From Phoronis australis (Eukaryota > Animalia > Phoronida), in contig NMRA01000021.1 of NCBI GenBank assembly GCA_002633005.1, positions 390,354 to 454,353 of the forward strand: a DNA stretch of 64,000 nt. Reading direction: 5' to 3'. Under the pieces are notes generated by a model that had not been told where the DNA came from, made no database searches, and saw nothing but the letters and a program-made list of their open reading frames with translations. A program made the translations under genes and the position numbers. Below are positions 38,401 to 51,100 of the stretch, piece after piece. Within the stretch, counting starts at the first letter, position 1. Each line of letters opens with the position of its first letter.

Positions 38401-41400
38401 AGTGCGCAAAGGTGCAAAGGCTCAAAACCCACGGACGATGGGTGCAGAAGACATTAGAGAGGAAGACGGAGAAATGATGCCATGCACTCGGAATCTTGTA
38501 CCGCCTGGTAATGTGTCTAGACTCTGTCTCTTAGTTACCATGCGTAACTATTAGCAACACTAATTGGTTACACTGAACTATGTAGAAAGCCAGTGAGTGA
38601 CTCGTAGCCAAGAGACAGATCAAACAGTGAAAAACAGTTCACTGTCTAGCATATTGGACTTGGTTAAATTACCAAAACATGACGACTAAACGCCATGTAG
38701 AAATATTGTTGTACTTTACGTCTCAGCAATGAACATAGACAAGTGCGCTGTGCAAAAAAGAGAAAAGTCAGTATTAAAACTGTGATGTTAATGACGAACA
38801 GCAAACATATCTTTAAAAAATTAGCTCGAAAATGTCTGTATTCAATTTTTCACAGAAATGCTCTATTTCGTCTTCAACCGATTATGAGAAAACAATGACG
38901 ACTTTGCCAGAACATGATAAAGAACAGAGAAACGCATTCATATTTAGTTTCAACAAACTTATCTTGACAGTTTAATGCTACATCAAACAAAACAGGATGC
39001 ATAGTAGAGTCCTAAGAAATAGCAAAAATCGAGTCAAAAACTTATTTTAATTAAACATGAGAGTTGCAGTTGGTAGGTACTCTTGCTTTTTCTGAACAAA
39101 CAACAAAAAGACCTCTGTCTGAAGTACGGTACTTTAAACAAGGCTCCATAATTTTGATATCTCACAACAAAATGTCAATTCTCAACTTGCAACGAAAACC
39201 AGCAACAACTTTTGGGCGGACAGATAAACTAGTTTGGAGTAAAAAGGATAAAGTCATACCTTTTGGTATGTTTCAAGCTTTTAAAGTAAGAAGTAGTGAA
39301 ACAGTCTTTGGTTTTGTTGCTTTAGAAACAACAGAATTCGTTAGGAACAACACTGAAAATATCGTGTTCTGGCAAACTTTGAAGAAATGAGATGTTGAAT
39401 ACATGTCATATGATTCTTAGTGAGAAGTGCGCAACTGCTCAGGGTCAGGGAACACACACGGCTACAGACCTTTTATTAGGCAAACTATACACTTCATTGA
39501 AAAACCTCAATACTTGGCTCACTAACTTACACAACAGAAGCAGGCATCACCCAGTTTCTAGTTGCCATACTATAACTGCATCCAAGGCTTGAAAAGCCAT
39601 TTGGTGTGACTGATCTCCCCCCCACCCCGGATACTAGTTGGCACTTCCTGAAGGATAATACGACATGAAAACAAACGAAGTAGTAAAGTGAGCATACCAT
39701 CGGAGTTAGCTTCGGGAGTGTGCGAGGTTTTGAGCCTTTTACACATGTTCCAAGTGCTGGCCGTGTACTGATCGGCAAGTATTTCTGCAACACAATGACA
39801 CTGCAACAGCTCGTGCGGTTGGTGCGCAAAGATCACATGAACATGGGCCTGCACGGGTACGGTGATGGCTGTCGTTGGGCTGTTGGCCACGCGAGATTCA
39901 GACGGGAAGGAACAAGGACAAAGACAGGAAGTTTCTGAGTGATTTGTGCTGCTATCCGGAATAACATTGCCATTTACTATTGTTTGTGCTTAAATCGAGA
40001 AGTGATATGGTACAATTAAGAAATTTGAGATTTGTTTATTAGCCATTAGTGAAATGCGGATGGATTGGACAATGAATTTTCAAATGCCTCACGGAGCAAA
40101 CACACTAATTGACAAGGCTTATTGCAGAGAAAAAGTGATTGTGATTTTGGTTAGCAACAAGGAACATGGCTTCATATTTCGTGAAGAGGAATAACCCGTG
40201 CAGACCCATTTTTCAGATAAAGGAAACAATAGGTTGCGTGATGTCTTCCAATGAAACACAAACTAGAAACTTCACCTACAAACAGTTAAACTTCATGCAA
40301 AATTCCACTGAATGCGCGTTACTTTTGAAGTGTTCCCTCACGACAACATTGAAAATGTACAATAAAATTGACAAAATACAGATTTAACACGAAGTTCAAC
40401 GTTCGATGTCATCTACAAACGCAACTCTTAACAAAACAAAGCCATACTAAAAACAAGCAAACAATCAAAGAAACAAAACAACAAATGACCATAAAAATGC
40501 GAGACTTGAAAACTGATAGAATGACCCTGTACTCTAAAAACAGTTTGAAAGACCTCATTAATTTAAAACACGGTAAAATTAAGACATTTGCAAAAACCTG
40601 AAAATTTATTTGAAACAAACAGTCTAATGATAGGTTTAGAAAGAGAGCACCCGTGACCAACAATCTAACTACACTATCATCGCTGAAGTTGCAGACGGCA
40701 CACCTGACTACTAGCGACACCTACTGGCTAGGCAGGGATACTCACGGCCAGTTAGAGGGTGGATGAGTGTGGGATGTGCAGCGGGCTGTGGCGACTGCTG
40801 CTTTGGTTTTGTCACCTTTGTATTACTCTTTGCAAACTCCAAACGAAGTGTCTGTGGAAGGTCAGGGTCAAACCGGACCCCCTGCAAATGTTAATACATC
40901 AGTGAAGTGCACTACAATACCGATATGGATTTTACTCAAAAGCATAATATACCTCACTTTAGCCCATCAGCAAATATTAAAACCGCAACTATTCACATAA
41001 TATGTATTATATCCTATAACAAAAACGCACACACGCACACACACACACACAAACATGTCCTCAAACACAAGTCAAAATCTCCTTACAAAGTGGTTGAGAA
41101 GACTTTGTTCAAACTGCAGATTTCACTTTGAGACACAAAAAGGCAAGGTTTAAGAATATCGGTGAGTTTATTTATCTCTGGGGAAGCAACTAGCTGCCTC
41201 AGGTGAGAAATCACCAAAACCTAGTTGAGTATCCTTTTTATAACGCTTTAAAAGAATAACAACATACTGCCATTGGGTGTCACGTTGCAACTGCTAAACA
41301 TAGTCAAAAATTGAACTCGCAACCGATGTTCATACAGTAAACAACAGAAGAAAAAGTCCCATCCACATTTTGCAGGTCATTTTACAAAACTCGACTGATT

Positions 41401-44400
41401 TTTATAGTTGTTATCAACATCCTGGCAAGCGGAAGAACAGCAGTAAAATGCCGCCTGGATTAACAAAGCCGACTTGATCAGCTGTTCACCTACCTGAAGG
41501 TCCTGTTTGGCCGACTCTGCAGCACCCCTGGCATTGAATGTGACGAACCCAACTGGCTGTAACAGTGTGCAGCTGACTTAATTACCAGTCATCATTACAA
41601 ACATTATTTAATGCTTAGACATGGAAAATCACCACCACTTCAATATATGTACATGAGAAATTCAATCTCTCGAATAAACTCTGGCAGTGACCTTGGCCAG
41701 AGACCATCCAACTTTGCTAGAGACTCAACTCAAAAATAGACCAATCACATTGCATGAAACATGAAAGTTTACTCCGTGTGCCACATGATTGGCCAATTTT
41801 CAAACCGAGTCTCGAGACCACCAAACTTCACGAGATTGGAAAACTGATGAAACACATTGTATGTAATTTGAAATGCAGGTCAAATGATGCATGTCAAGTA
41901 CATATTGCTTTGCAAAGGCGTCAGTAACAGAACTTGCGAGAGGTTACAAACCAGGTCGTGGGTTCAGCGCAGATTACTTAGGGTTGAAGAACTGTGCGTG
42001 GTTTCGAGCAACTGGGTTAGTAACAGCAGAGAACAGTGAATTTGGTATTTGATCAGTAAAACATTCATGCTACAGAGACCCCTATAAAAACAATTTTTAT
42101 GATTTTCAAAAATTTACATTTTTCAATCGCATTAACTTCCATCAGCAACATTAAAGCATCTTGCAGAGCCATCTGAGAAAACCCTTGTTTTGCTTCCTGA
42201 ATATTGCGGAGAACACTATGTTTTGTTTGATACGGCCAGTTAACGTTCTTTAACTATTCTAACACACACAAAAATAGTGCTAATTATTTCATAAAGATTC
42301 ACCATCCCTAAGTTGAATTATTTGCAGTTTCTGATTTTACGTCTTGACCTCAGCAGCGCTTCATGGGTATTTGTAGTAGATAAATATGAAATTCAGATAA
42401 AAATCAAGTATATTCCCAAAAATATTTTAAAATGGAAAGAGACTCGCAAAATGTTTTAGTTAGTTAAGGTGACAAGTTCAAGAAATAGGCAACGAACAAA
42501 AAAATCGAGTAAACTTCTCAAGATCTTAGACTGTAGAAAGTCATCAATCATGACAAAGTCAGCATGGGCAAGAATCGTATACTTAACCTTTAGATTTCTT
42601 TAAATGCCCCGTTTTGACAGAGTGTTTGGAATACAAAAACAGGGTCAACAACTCCTAAATTCAGACTAGAGCAGAGATATTAAATCCATCCAATAAAAAC
42701 ACAGAAAAATAATTGGGAAAGGAAGTATACGAGGAAATAAATTCTACATGTGGCTAGGAGACAATTGAACAAAGGTCACCTGTGTACATGGGGTGATTAG
42801 ATGCAGACGGATCTAGGAAGAACTATGACAATTGACAAAGAATTCAGGGCGAACAGGAAGTTAATCGCGAAATTATGTGACAAATGTTTGAAATGAGATA
42901 AAGCACAGTGCGAGTGTGGTGTGGAGTAACGTCGAGAGGAAAATGTAGCCAAAAGTAAAGAACAAATAATAAGCTGCTTTGAGAGTAAGCCCGTTGGTGT
43001 TTTGCTGATAGGTGGCACTGCTGACAAGCAGACTGTTGCTAGAGTGATAACAACGAGACAACAGACAATTGAAACACAGAAACACCTATCCTGCGGGAGA
43101 TTCATCTTACCAAATGGAAACTTGTAACTATCATTTGTTATTAGATTCCTTAATTACTTGTTAGATATTGAGTATTGATTGACGCATTGACAACTGTTTC
43201 AGTAACACTATACGAAATACATCAGGAAAAAATCGCATCGTCTCAGAAGAACAGGTAGCGTAAGCTATTTCAGGCAGGAGGCGGTCTAATGGGCGTAATT
43301 AGGGACTCCCGCTGATACAAGTCAAGACTGTCAGCTTTACAATGGTGGATTTAATTACATGAGAATGACATAAGATTCCAGTTGAACATGACAAGTCAAG
43401 AAAATGACGCACCTGTCTACCAATTACCCCAGTGTATTCATCGTTTCTTAGCGATAGTATCAAACTTGATGGAGCCAGCAGAATCATTATGTACATAATC
43501 TTTCTGAACACCAAGTTTCGCAATTCAATGTCAGAAACTTAATGGATACAAGAGTGTGAAATGAGAACATTTTGGTACAACTGAAAATTTTTGTTTTTTC
43601 ATTGGAAGTATAATTTGTTCCTTATCTAGTAGAATCTAAATAAGGTAAACACTGATCAACTATATCTGGAGTCACTAACTTGACAATCATGTACAACTGA
43701 AATGAGTTAGCTGTAAATGTTTAGTCAAATCACACAGTATATACCAACTCGCTGGCAACTTGAAATTGATAAAAGAAAAACAAAAAAAACCCGCCAAATT
43801 GAGGTCACTGCCAACTACAAATATTCGAACTAATAGAACTGCCAGCTAAACTGAAGAATGGCAGCCAGTAGCCAGCGAAAATGAATCAGGACAAAGGCAG
43901 TTCTGACTACTTGAGATGTATTTTGAAAACACTTGACTAGCAAAAGTGGAAGGGTACAAGTGCAGATTAATCTTAAGAATGTAAAAGGATCATTAACTCG
44001 CCTGATAACAGAGCAGCATCTGTTTTTTTTTTCTCTGCACATTTGAAGACCAAAATCAGATGGAAGCATTATTAGGCGGAAGAAACAGGAGTGGTTGGCT
44101 TGACTGTGAGCCAATCAGAAAAGCTTCAATTATTTTTTTACGAAACAGGAAGATGTTCTCAATTCACTTTTTCATTCAAAAAAGCATTGGTTCACAAAAT
44201 CTACAGCAGCAGTGCTTGCCCCATTTATAAATATCACTTCATTTTTATCTTATACGGAGATCCATTTGCAACCTGAGTGTATTTGTCAGTTAAATCTGCA
44301 CTTGACAGTACAGCCAGTGAGTTGGTATTGTCTGCTAAGAAAATAATAAATGTGGTGCAACTTACTGAAGTGTTTTTGCCATTTTTACTGGTGACTTTTA

Positions 44401-45195
44401 ATAGTGAGCCTTCATAACCCTGCAAAATATAGTCGAAAGAATCGTAACATGCAATGGTGCTCGTGTGATCGCCGTGTATCACACCAGGACATCGTGACGT
44501 GCGTCACGCGCTCGTGGTGCGGCGTGTTCGTTACTTACACACGTGTTGTGTTGCGGCTGTTTGGCCGTTATTTTTAGCAAGGACGTTTCGTAGCCCTGCA
44601 AAAGTCAAAGACAATGGACATGGTGTAAGCAGAAGCCCCAATACAGACGGTACCCTCGTCATGAGTGCCCTGAAAGATAATGCTTTGAAGACAGCGCCAC
44701 CACTCCAAAGCGAATACTGCATCATGTTAGTCGAAAAAAAGCAAACCCAGCAATTTAAATTTGAAACTAAAAACGCACCTATCGAGTACCAACAATTTTC
44801 TTCTAAATGCTATCAATAAAAATTTCAGTTATTAACAAAGTACTGATCACATCATTGTAAGCAACAATTTCAAAAGATCAACAAAAAATTACTCATTCAG
44901 TCAACAGCAGTTCTTTATATTAAAATCAGAAGAAACACGTGAAAATCTTTCTTCAAAAGCTAGGTTATTTTCTCCAATAAACAATGTGCCACACTGCCAT
45001 TCATATTACAATCAACATTAGACCAGACAGCTCACAAGAACAGCCAGGACGTGAACAGGAAATGACAATGCTGTTTGTGACAGTGAGAGCAGGTGCAAGG
45101 TATTTAGTCACTCCTACCTTGTACGCTCGGAATAACAGGTAGAGTTCCCGTGGCTTTGCATCCATGGGCAACCCACTCACAAAGAGTGTCCGCAC
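32399..45195 (-). CDS. cpo: Couch potato / MEC-8 / RBPMS-family RNA-binding protein with two RRMs (5'-partial; start exon not found in window)
   Basis: Exons 45118-45195, [44539-44595 or 44366-44419], 41494-41556, 40746-40881, 38167-38321, 37488-37772, 35804-35914, then last exon 33318-33416 or 32399-32467; all GT-AG and in frame. RRM1 [51 protein letters not shown]...[23 protein letters not shown]; RRM2 [11 protein letters not shown]...[26 protein letters not shown]...[19 protein letters not shown]. Confidence 0.92.
33318..33416 (-). CDS. cpo: candidate alternative last coding exon ([32 protein letters not shown])
   Basis: ctctttatatttcag acceptor, phase 0, 99 nt to TAG; GC-rich, with composition similar to the linker exons. 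Confidence 0.55.
   Translation of the reverse strand, partial: LPIEFSQVATTTAANGHLATMQTPVLVPYFQA
35071..35093. repeat. (AAT)n microsatellite
   Basis: aataataataataataataataa. Confidence 0.8.
35804..35914 (-). CDS. cpo: cpo/RBPMS exon, RRM2 C-half ([37 protein letters not shown])
   Basis: caacag acceptor, GAG|gtgagt donor; 111 nt. Confidence 0.92.
36264..36414. repeat. 36-bp minisatellite x4 (intronic)
   Basis: gttaagtctgcatatattgcaccatctcttaagaaa head-to-tail; the first unit has a 4-bp insertion (attg). Confidence 0.92.
37488..37772 (-). CDS. cpo: cpo/RBPMS exon, linker + RRM2 N-half ([10 protein letters not shown]...[11 protein letters not shown]...PVAFVEYQ)
   Basis: ttgcag acceptor, CAG|gtaggg donor; 285 nt. 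Confidence 0.92.
38167..38321 (-). CDS. cpo: cpo/RBPMS linker exon ([51 protein letters not shown])
   Basis: attgtag acceptor, TCT|gtgagt donor; 155 nt, phase 1-0; FFPG..W.H resembles the cpo linker as I recall it. Confidence 0.88.
39698..39784 (-). CDS. candidate frame-preserving cassette exon ([28 protein letters not shown])
   Basis: tgtgttgcag acceptor, G|gtatgc donor; 87 nt, phase 1-1, stop-free in the cpo frame; no homology evidence. Confidence 0.35.
40746..40881 (-). CDS. cpo: cpo/RBPMS exon ([45 protein letters not shown])
   Basis: tttgcag acceptor, C|gtgagt donor; 136 nt, ends in phase 1. Confidence 0.92.
41494..41556 (-). CDS. cpo: cpo/RBPMS RRM1 exon ([21 protein letters not shown])
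   Basis: gttacag acceptor, CAG|gtaggt donor; 63 nt; RNP1 motif; not in the ORF track. Confidence 0.92.
44366..44419 (-). CDS. cpo: cpo/RBPMS RRM1 alternative exon B ([18 protein letters not shown])
   Basis: tattttgcag acceptor, TCA|gtaagt donor; 54 nt, phase 0-0. Confidence 0.92.
44539..44595 (-). CDS. cpo: cpo/RBPMS RRM1 alternative exon A ([19 protein letters not shown]), putative mutually exclusive
   Basis: ctttgacttttgcag acceptor, TGT|gtaagt donor; 57 nt, phase 0-0; paralogous to 44366-44419. Confidence 0.8.
45118..45195 (-). CDS. cpo: cpo/RBPMS RRM1 exon ([26 protein letters not shown])
   Basis: ggtttcag acceptor, AAG|gtagga donor; 78 nt; RNP2 motif LFVSGL. Confidence 0.93.
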
Positions 45196-48100
45196 CTGAA
45201 ACCAAACAGAAGACAATTAGTTTTCGCGGACAAAACATTTCAATAAAATCAGATCTGGTCACAGTTCACATATCTTCTGAAAGAAAACTGTTTCTCCAAA
45301 AAATTGACTACATCTTAAAATAAGATAATCTGGGAGAACACTTCGCAGAACACGATTATACAGTAAACGACATTGTATGGTAGTACACATGTAAATACAT
45401 ACAAATATTTAAGTAGTTATGAAACACCAATTTTGCAAGTAAGACATTCACCATATGGTGCTAACAAGAAAATATTAATTAGCAAAACTGTGGATAGTCG
45501 ACACATTGCCCAAAGGCTTGTGAAGTACGAACTTTCCCACAGATGTGATTACGGTAAATACAAAATGCATACTGCGGTAAAACCTCAACAATTTTGGACA
45601 AAAATAATTGCCAAAACTGTTCTTTCTTCAGTTTCCAAAGGTTACAAACTTTGTTGTGAATGTCTGTAATTTTCCAAAATATTGTCCGATGATTGCTAAC
45701 GTCCAAAACTTGAATATGTGACATTAATTTGGTGCTACATATGTTTCATGGAAAGGATGAGAAAATTAAATTTTATCCTTCAATGTTGTGTCCTAAATGG
45801 GTGAGATTTTACATCACCATAGGAAAGTTGACCATACAGTTGTACAAAACAAAACAAAGCAAATATCAGCAGTATTTACAAAGCGCAGGTAGGTTACACG
45901 TCTCGAGAGATACGTAAAAAATCCCTCCGTGGGTCTCACATGAAGGCATTATGATAGCCCTAATTAAAGTAATAAACCCAGAAAATTTCAGTCATTGTTT
46001 GAGAGACAAAGTGTTAACAACCACCGTCGTCGATGACAAAAGTACAGCCAGAAATGACCTTAATAAAGTTATAAAGAATTCTGTTTGGATGGACATCCCA
46101 CAAACTGTTCCACACACTGACACCAAAACACAACCCAGTGCATCAGTTAACGCCCAGGGTGCTTAAACTGGGGAACATGAAAATCAAGGGCTGAGCTTTC
46201 AAGTCGGGAATGGGCATTTAATTGTTAACATTGTCAAAAGTCGGAAGTGTGCTTTTACCCGAACGGTCGATTCATGAAAATGCGAGGACATTCAGTCACC
46301 GAATTATGTCAACATGAACCGAGACCTCGGCAACGTTTCTTATATCCTATGCATTCCTTTCATAAAGAAAAACTAAAATTATTCGAATTTAGCCTTACAC
46401 CAGACAATGCTGTCACGAAATGATTTCCAGATGCAAGGGCTAAGTACAGTTTATATTTTGTAAAACAAGAACACTTGTTCAATCATTTTTTGCCTGGGCT
46501 GAAGCCGGATATCTTGATAAATTACCAGCACAATAAGATTTGACAAATATTAGTAAAAAACAATTATTTTGTGAACATTAGAGTATAATAAATAAGTGAA
46601 AACTGACCAATCCTAACAGTTCTTAAGGACTTACTTACTACATAAAAGACAAAATACCATTATTATGTCATGACAGCTAACAGCATAAATTACACTTCAT
46701 TCTCGCTCATGAATGAAGATATATTCTGATGATGGATTAAACTTTCACCCATTCATCACGAGTGGGAATTCGGAGTAACTTTGCCTGAATATTTTTGGCT
46801 TGTACAGTACTTCAAATAAGCAAAAAGGTGCCCAATCACCCAGATTTTGCTATTCAAGTGAACAGGCTGGGACAGTGATAGTTCCTTAGCAATTCTCCAA
46901 ACTGTTTATCAGCACTTGATCAGGACAAAGACATGGTCCTTATCTAGCCAGTTGACAAATTGGATATCTGAACTGGTCACATGCACTGTCCCTGTGTAAT
47001 CTCTTACTGACAATGAGGGGAAGAGCTTACAGTTTGTGAGTGGATTTAAGTTATCTTTGCGATAGGATTATCACAGAAAAAACAGGCAACATAGAATCCT
47101 AAAAACTATGCGCACTACATTATTAACACACACCCCTGGCTGGGCAACGGGGAAAACTAAACAAAAAAAAAACTACAACCATCTCCCTTTTAATTTCATT
47201 TTAATATTTCTTGTTCTCACGGTTTCAACTGGACAAGATGTCCAAGTAAATTGCCCAGTCTATTCAGTGAACAACCGCAGTGACAATGAAATGAAGCAAA
47301 TTCGTAGATAAATGTGAAGTAATTCTTTGTAAGCATTCCAGTCACGCAGCCTACATCATTATCGAGGACTTAAGAAGGTGCTCTGTGGATAATTACGAGA
47401 AAGCACCTTCGAATCTCTGGTCAGTCGTTAGCGAGCAATTATCGGTGGTTACCACTGGCATGGCCAACTGATTTCGCTAACAATCGTACTTGACATCAGA
47501 TAGACAGTGATTGGTTAATTAAATGACAATGCTCGAGATTAGGACTGGAAAGAAAGATGAACATGATAAGCAGAGATACCTGCGAGGTACTAAGAACTGG
47601 GGACGAGTTGATGTGAAAATGAATGATATTTAGAGATAAAAGGCATTTCACAGGACTTCATATAATCATGGAAAAGATACTGTTTCACCAAAATCATTTT
47701 TCATGTTATAACTCACATGAGACCAAAAACTTGAAGAAAATCATCGCAGGAAGATAGCAAACTCTTACACCGAATGACTTTCAGAAGGCATCTGATACCG
47801 GGAATACAATGCTGAGGTCTGTAGATAATGCTACATGTTGATAACTGGCACAAGAATGGCATATCATCCAAGAATAACAAAAACAAGGGTGATATTTATA
47901 AAAAATTTGGACACGCAGACTACTTTAATCAGTCAGTAAAATCTAATTTAGAATATGTAGTCTGTGCAAATGGTTTCATGTCTCCAATGTATTTATGCCA
48001 AATTGTATTCCAGTCGAGCATGTCAAGTTCATGGCAAATGTCACTTGTTCTAATTATCTTTAAATAGGTACACTTAATCTGTTAGAATTGCCTCAAAGCA

Positions 48101-51100
48101 AAAAGTTAAAATTGGGAGCACCAGTACACTGGGTGTTTGAAGGCAATTATCTTGTACTGCAAACAGAATCAAACATGGTCACCGATTGTTCTAGGTGTGC
48201 ACTGGTAATAACCACTTGTTGTTAGTGCTGGACACGTGGTAAAAACATTGAGAGAAATGTGAATTGAAAAACAAGAGTCTCGGTAGTGAATGATCACCTC
48301 ACCAAGTAGGACAAGTTGGAAAGTTATGTTTTTGTTTTACATGTGCAGTAGCCATGCCATCACCACTTATGAATAGATTTTCACGAAATAGTCAGCAGAC
48401 ATTAAAACATTCACCAGATGGTGCTACTGAATAAAGGTCCAAGAGGGCGTCAGAGGCCTAATGGTCCCATGTGACAAAATACATGCATTTCTGTAAGTAC
48501 GATCATTGTTGCACTAACATCGCCGTCATTAAGTTATGTACAATAAGTATTATGATCGCAAAAAGAAATGACGTGCTCACCATACACATGTCAGGGTTTT
48601 GGGCAAATGACATGGAGGCGTGCAATAAACTGATTCGTATAGTTTCAGTATTCAGGTTTCAGCCAATAATTGAAGATGAGATATGAATAAAGGAAAGCTA
48701 TAAAAAAACTTGGTATGTGTAACTAGTGCGGAAATGAAATTGAGAATAAGTCGTCTATTTGTAAGAATTCTACACTTCCAGCAGAATGCACAAAACCTCA
48801 TGCAATTCTAGCTCCCAAATCTTACCAGAAATCTAACCTGTATATACAACAATGACACCTAAACCTTAACACTACACTCACCATTAATCACTAAGTATTT
48901 CTTGACAAGTGGGGACCTCATTAACAGGAGCATGGCTTAAATGGGGCGATGGCTGGTGCCACCAGAGGTGTGTTTATGAAACAGAAAAAACATGAGGTCA
49001 ATGGAACTAAGAGTGGAGATTAACTGAGGATTGAAGACTGATCCTGCAGCCTCAGGGAAGAACCATTCAAGCAGGAATCTGGGGACTAAGGGGTCACACT
49101 AGATTTATTATGACATTAATTTATAAACAATTAAAACACTCTCTACTGAACAACAACAAAATCACATACCAATGGGGTATTTGTCAGGAAATGCTTTTTT
49201 AACTTTTACAATCCCTTGGCTAGTGAGGAGGTCTGTTTCGAGTTACGTGTTCAGTTAGACTATGAAAACCTGCGTTTCCAAAGTTCAGCTGTTCAAAAAA
49301 CAATATCACAAGGCCACTTACCCTACCAACTCAGTTCTCAAGTTGTTCTCACTGTCAAAGGACCCCTACTGCTCTAAATAACACAGTGAACATTTGCGTA
49401 TCAAAAATGTTGCAGAAAATCATTGGGTTTGACCAACCTTTCCGAAATTCGACCGTTTCAATGACCATTTTCCAACATACAACAACAAGAAGAAATGGGC
49501 CTTGTCACTAGAGGGTGGTAGAGTACTCGGTCGACAACAATCTGCCTTTTGTACACAGGTTTTATGTAATGAGATTTCCCAGGCGTTCTCTTATAAATTC
49601 TCTGCAACCACCATGACCTTGCCACTGTTGTGGAGCGGGATGACCAACTGATTCACAAGTAATTGTCCCTCCCCAAATGTTTGTGAATGAAAGAATTTAT
49701 GTGTCCCTGTCAAGTGTCAACTCTTACACAATATCACACACCAGAATTAGTTGTTGTGACAAGCAAAAGCCATTAGCAGGCTCCCACAACTTAAAGAGTA
49801 AGTGTGTCCAATGGCCCCCATTAAGTTCCAGACATTCTCTAATTCTGACTTATATTGTCATGTCAAGGATATTTTAAACTCTACTTTTACATGCTCAAGA
49901 AATTTTGGCACGGTACTTAGCATATGATATGGTGGACAAATGAAATTTATTTAGGTATAATTTCTCAACAAAAATGAAGTTAAAGAATTTTTAGTTTCCT
50001 ATTAGCTTGTTTTATACTGTGAATATTTCATGAACAACATTTGGCCAATTTTTCGTAGCTTCCAATAAGGTTATCAGCTTATGAGAAATTGAAAATTGAC
50101 AGTTTCAGCAATTGTTTTTTGTACAACTAAATTGAACACTACCAACACATTAAGTTGGAGGGCCATGCAGCTTCAAACAAGCATAAAAAATATCATCTAC
50201 CACCTCGTTTCTGTACCAGCTGACATAATACACACGCTGGTGACGAACACTTGAAAACATACACCACGCTCCGGTTTTTGAGCAGAAAAACAAGACAAGA
50301 ATACAATGCTAATTACTGAAAGTAATTTGCGGTCATATTGCAGTTTTAATAAGACTGTTGAGTTCCCATGGTAACCGAGACAAAATTGTGGATGTTGAAG
50401 AAAGCGTGAATTACTGCTATTGGAAATTAGCTATATGCATGAACACGAGGCTAAAATGCACACGAAGGACATTAATAGCCTCTTTTCACGGACTTACTTC
50501 CATTGAAACAATTGCATGAGGGTGCAAGCTGTGATTTTTTATCTGTGTACTTCAATGTGTCCGTGTAGACTCAAATTTCTCCAAGTGCAAAGTTTCCTAA
50601 ACCACTTCTTTATGACCTCATAATTTCTGTAAGTAGGCTATGCTCAGCCAAGTGGCAACCACCATAACTCAACTCATTGTTCCAAGCTGTTAAAACAAGC
50701 CCAAATTTTAAGCAGATTTGCAGGAAATTAGCCCTCAATGAGCCAGTATTTCTGTCCAGCCAACAGCATCTAGGACTAACAGACGCTTAGGGAGGCCAGC
50801 ACCAATATGGCCAATTTGGACAGCGACAATGATTGGATTAGACAGAAGTTACTACATTTCTCCTTTCAGAACAACAAAACTAGCAGGGGACACATAGGAT
50901 ATAAAAGGGATGAAAAGGTTCATTGATAGAAATCTATATTTTGTTTGGAAAAATCTACTTAGTCCGAAAGGTTGGATGAAAAATGTAAATCTATGACACA
51001 AGACAAAAGAAGTCAGACAATATACCGTTTTCCTGTCATAAACAGGAAATTCTGTTAACAGAATAAATTACTGGTAATACCTGTAATGGCTGGAAAATTC

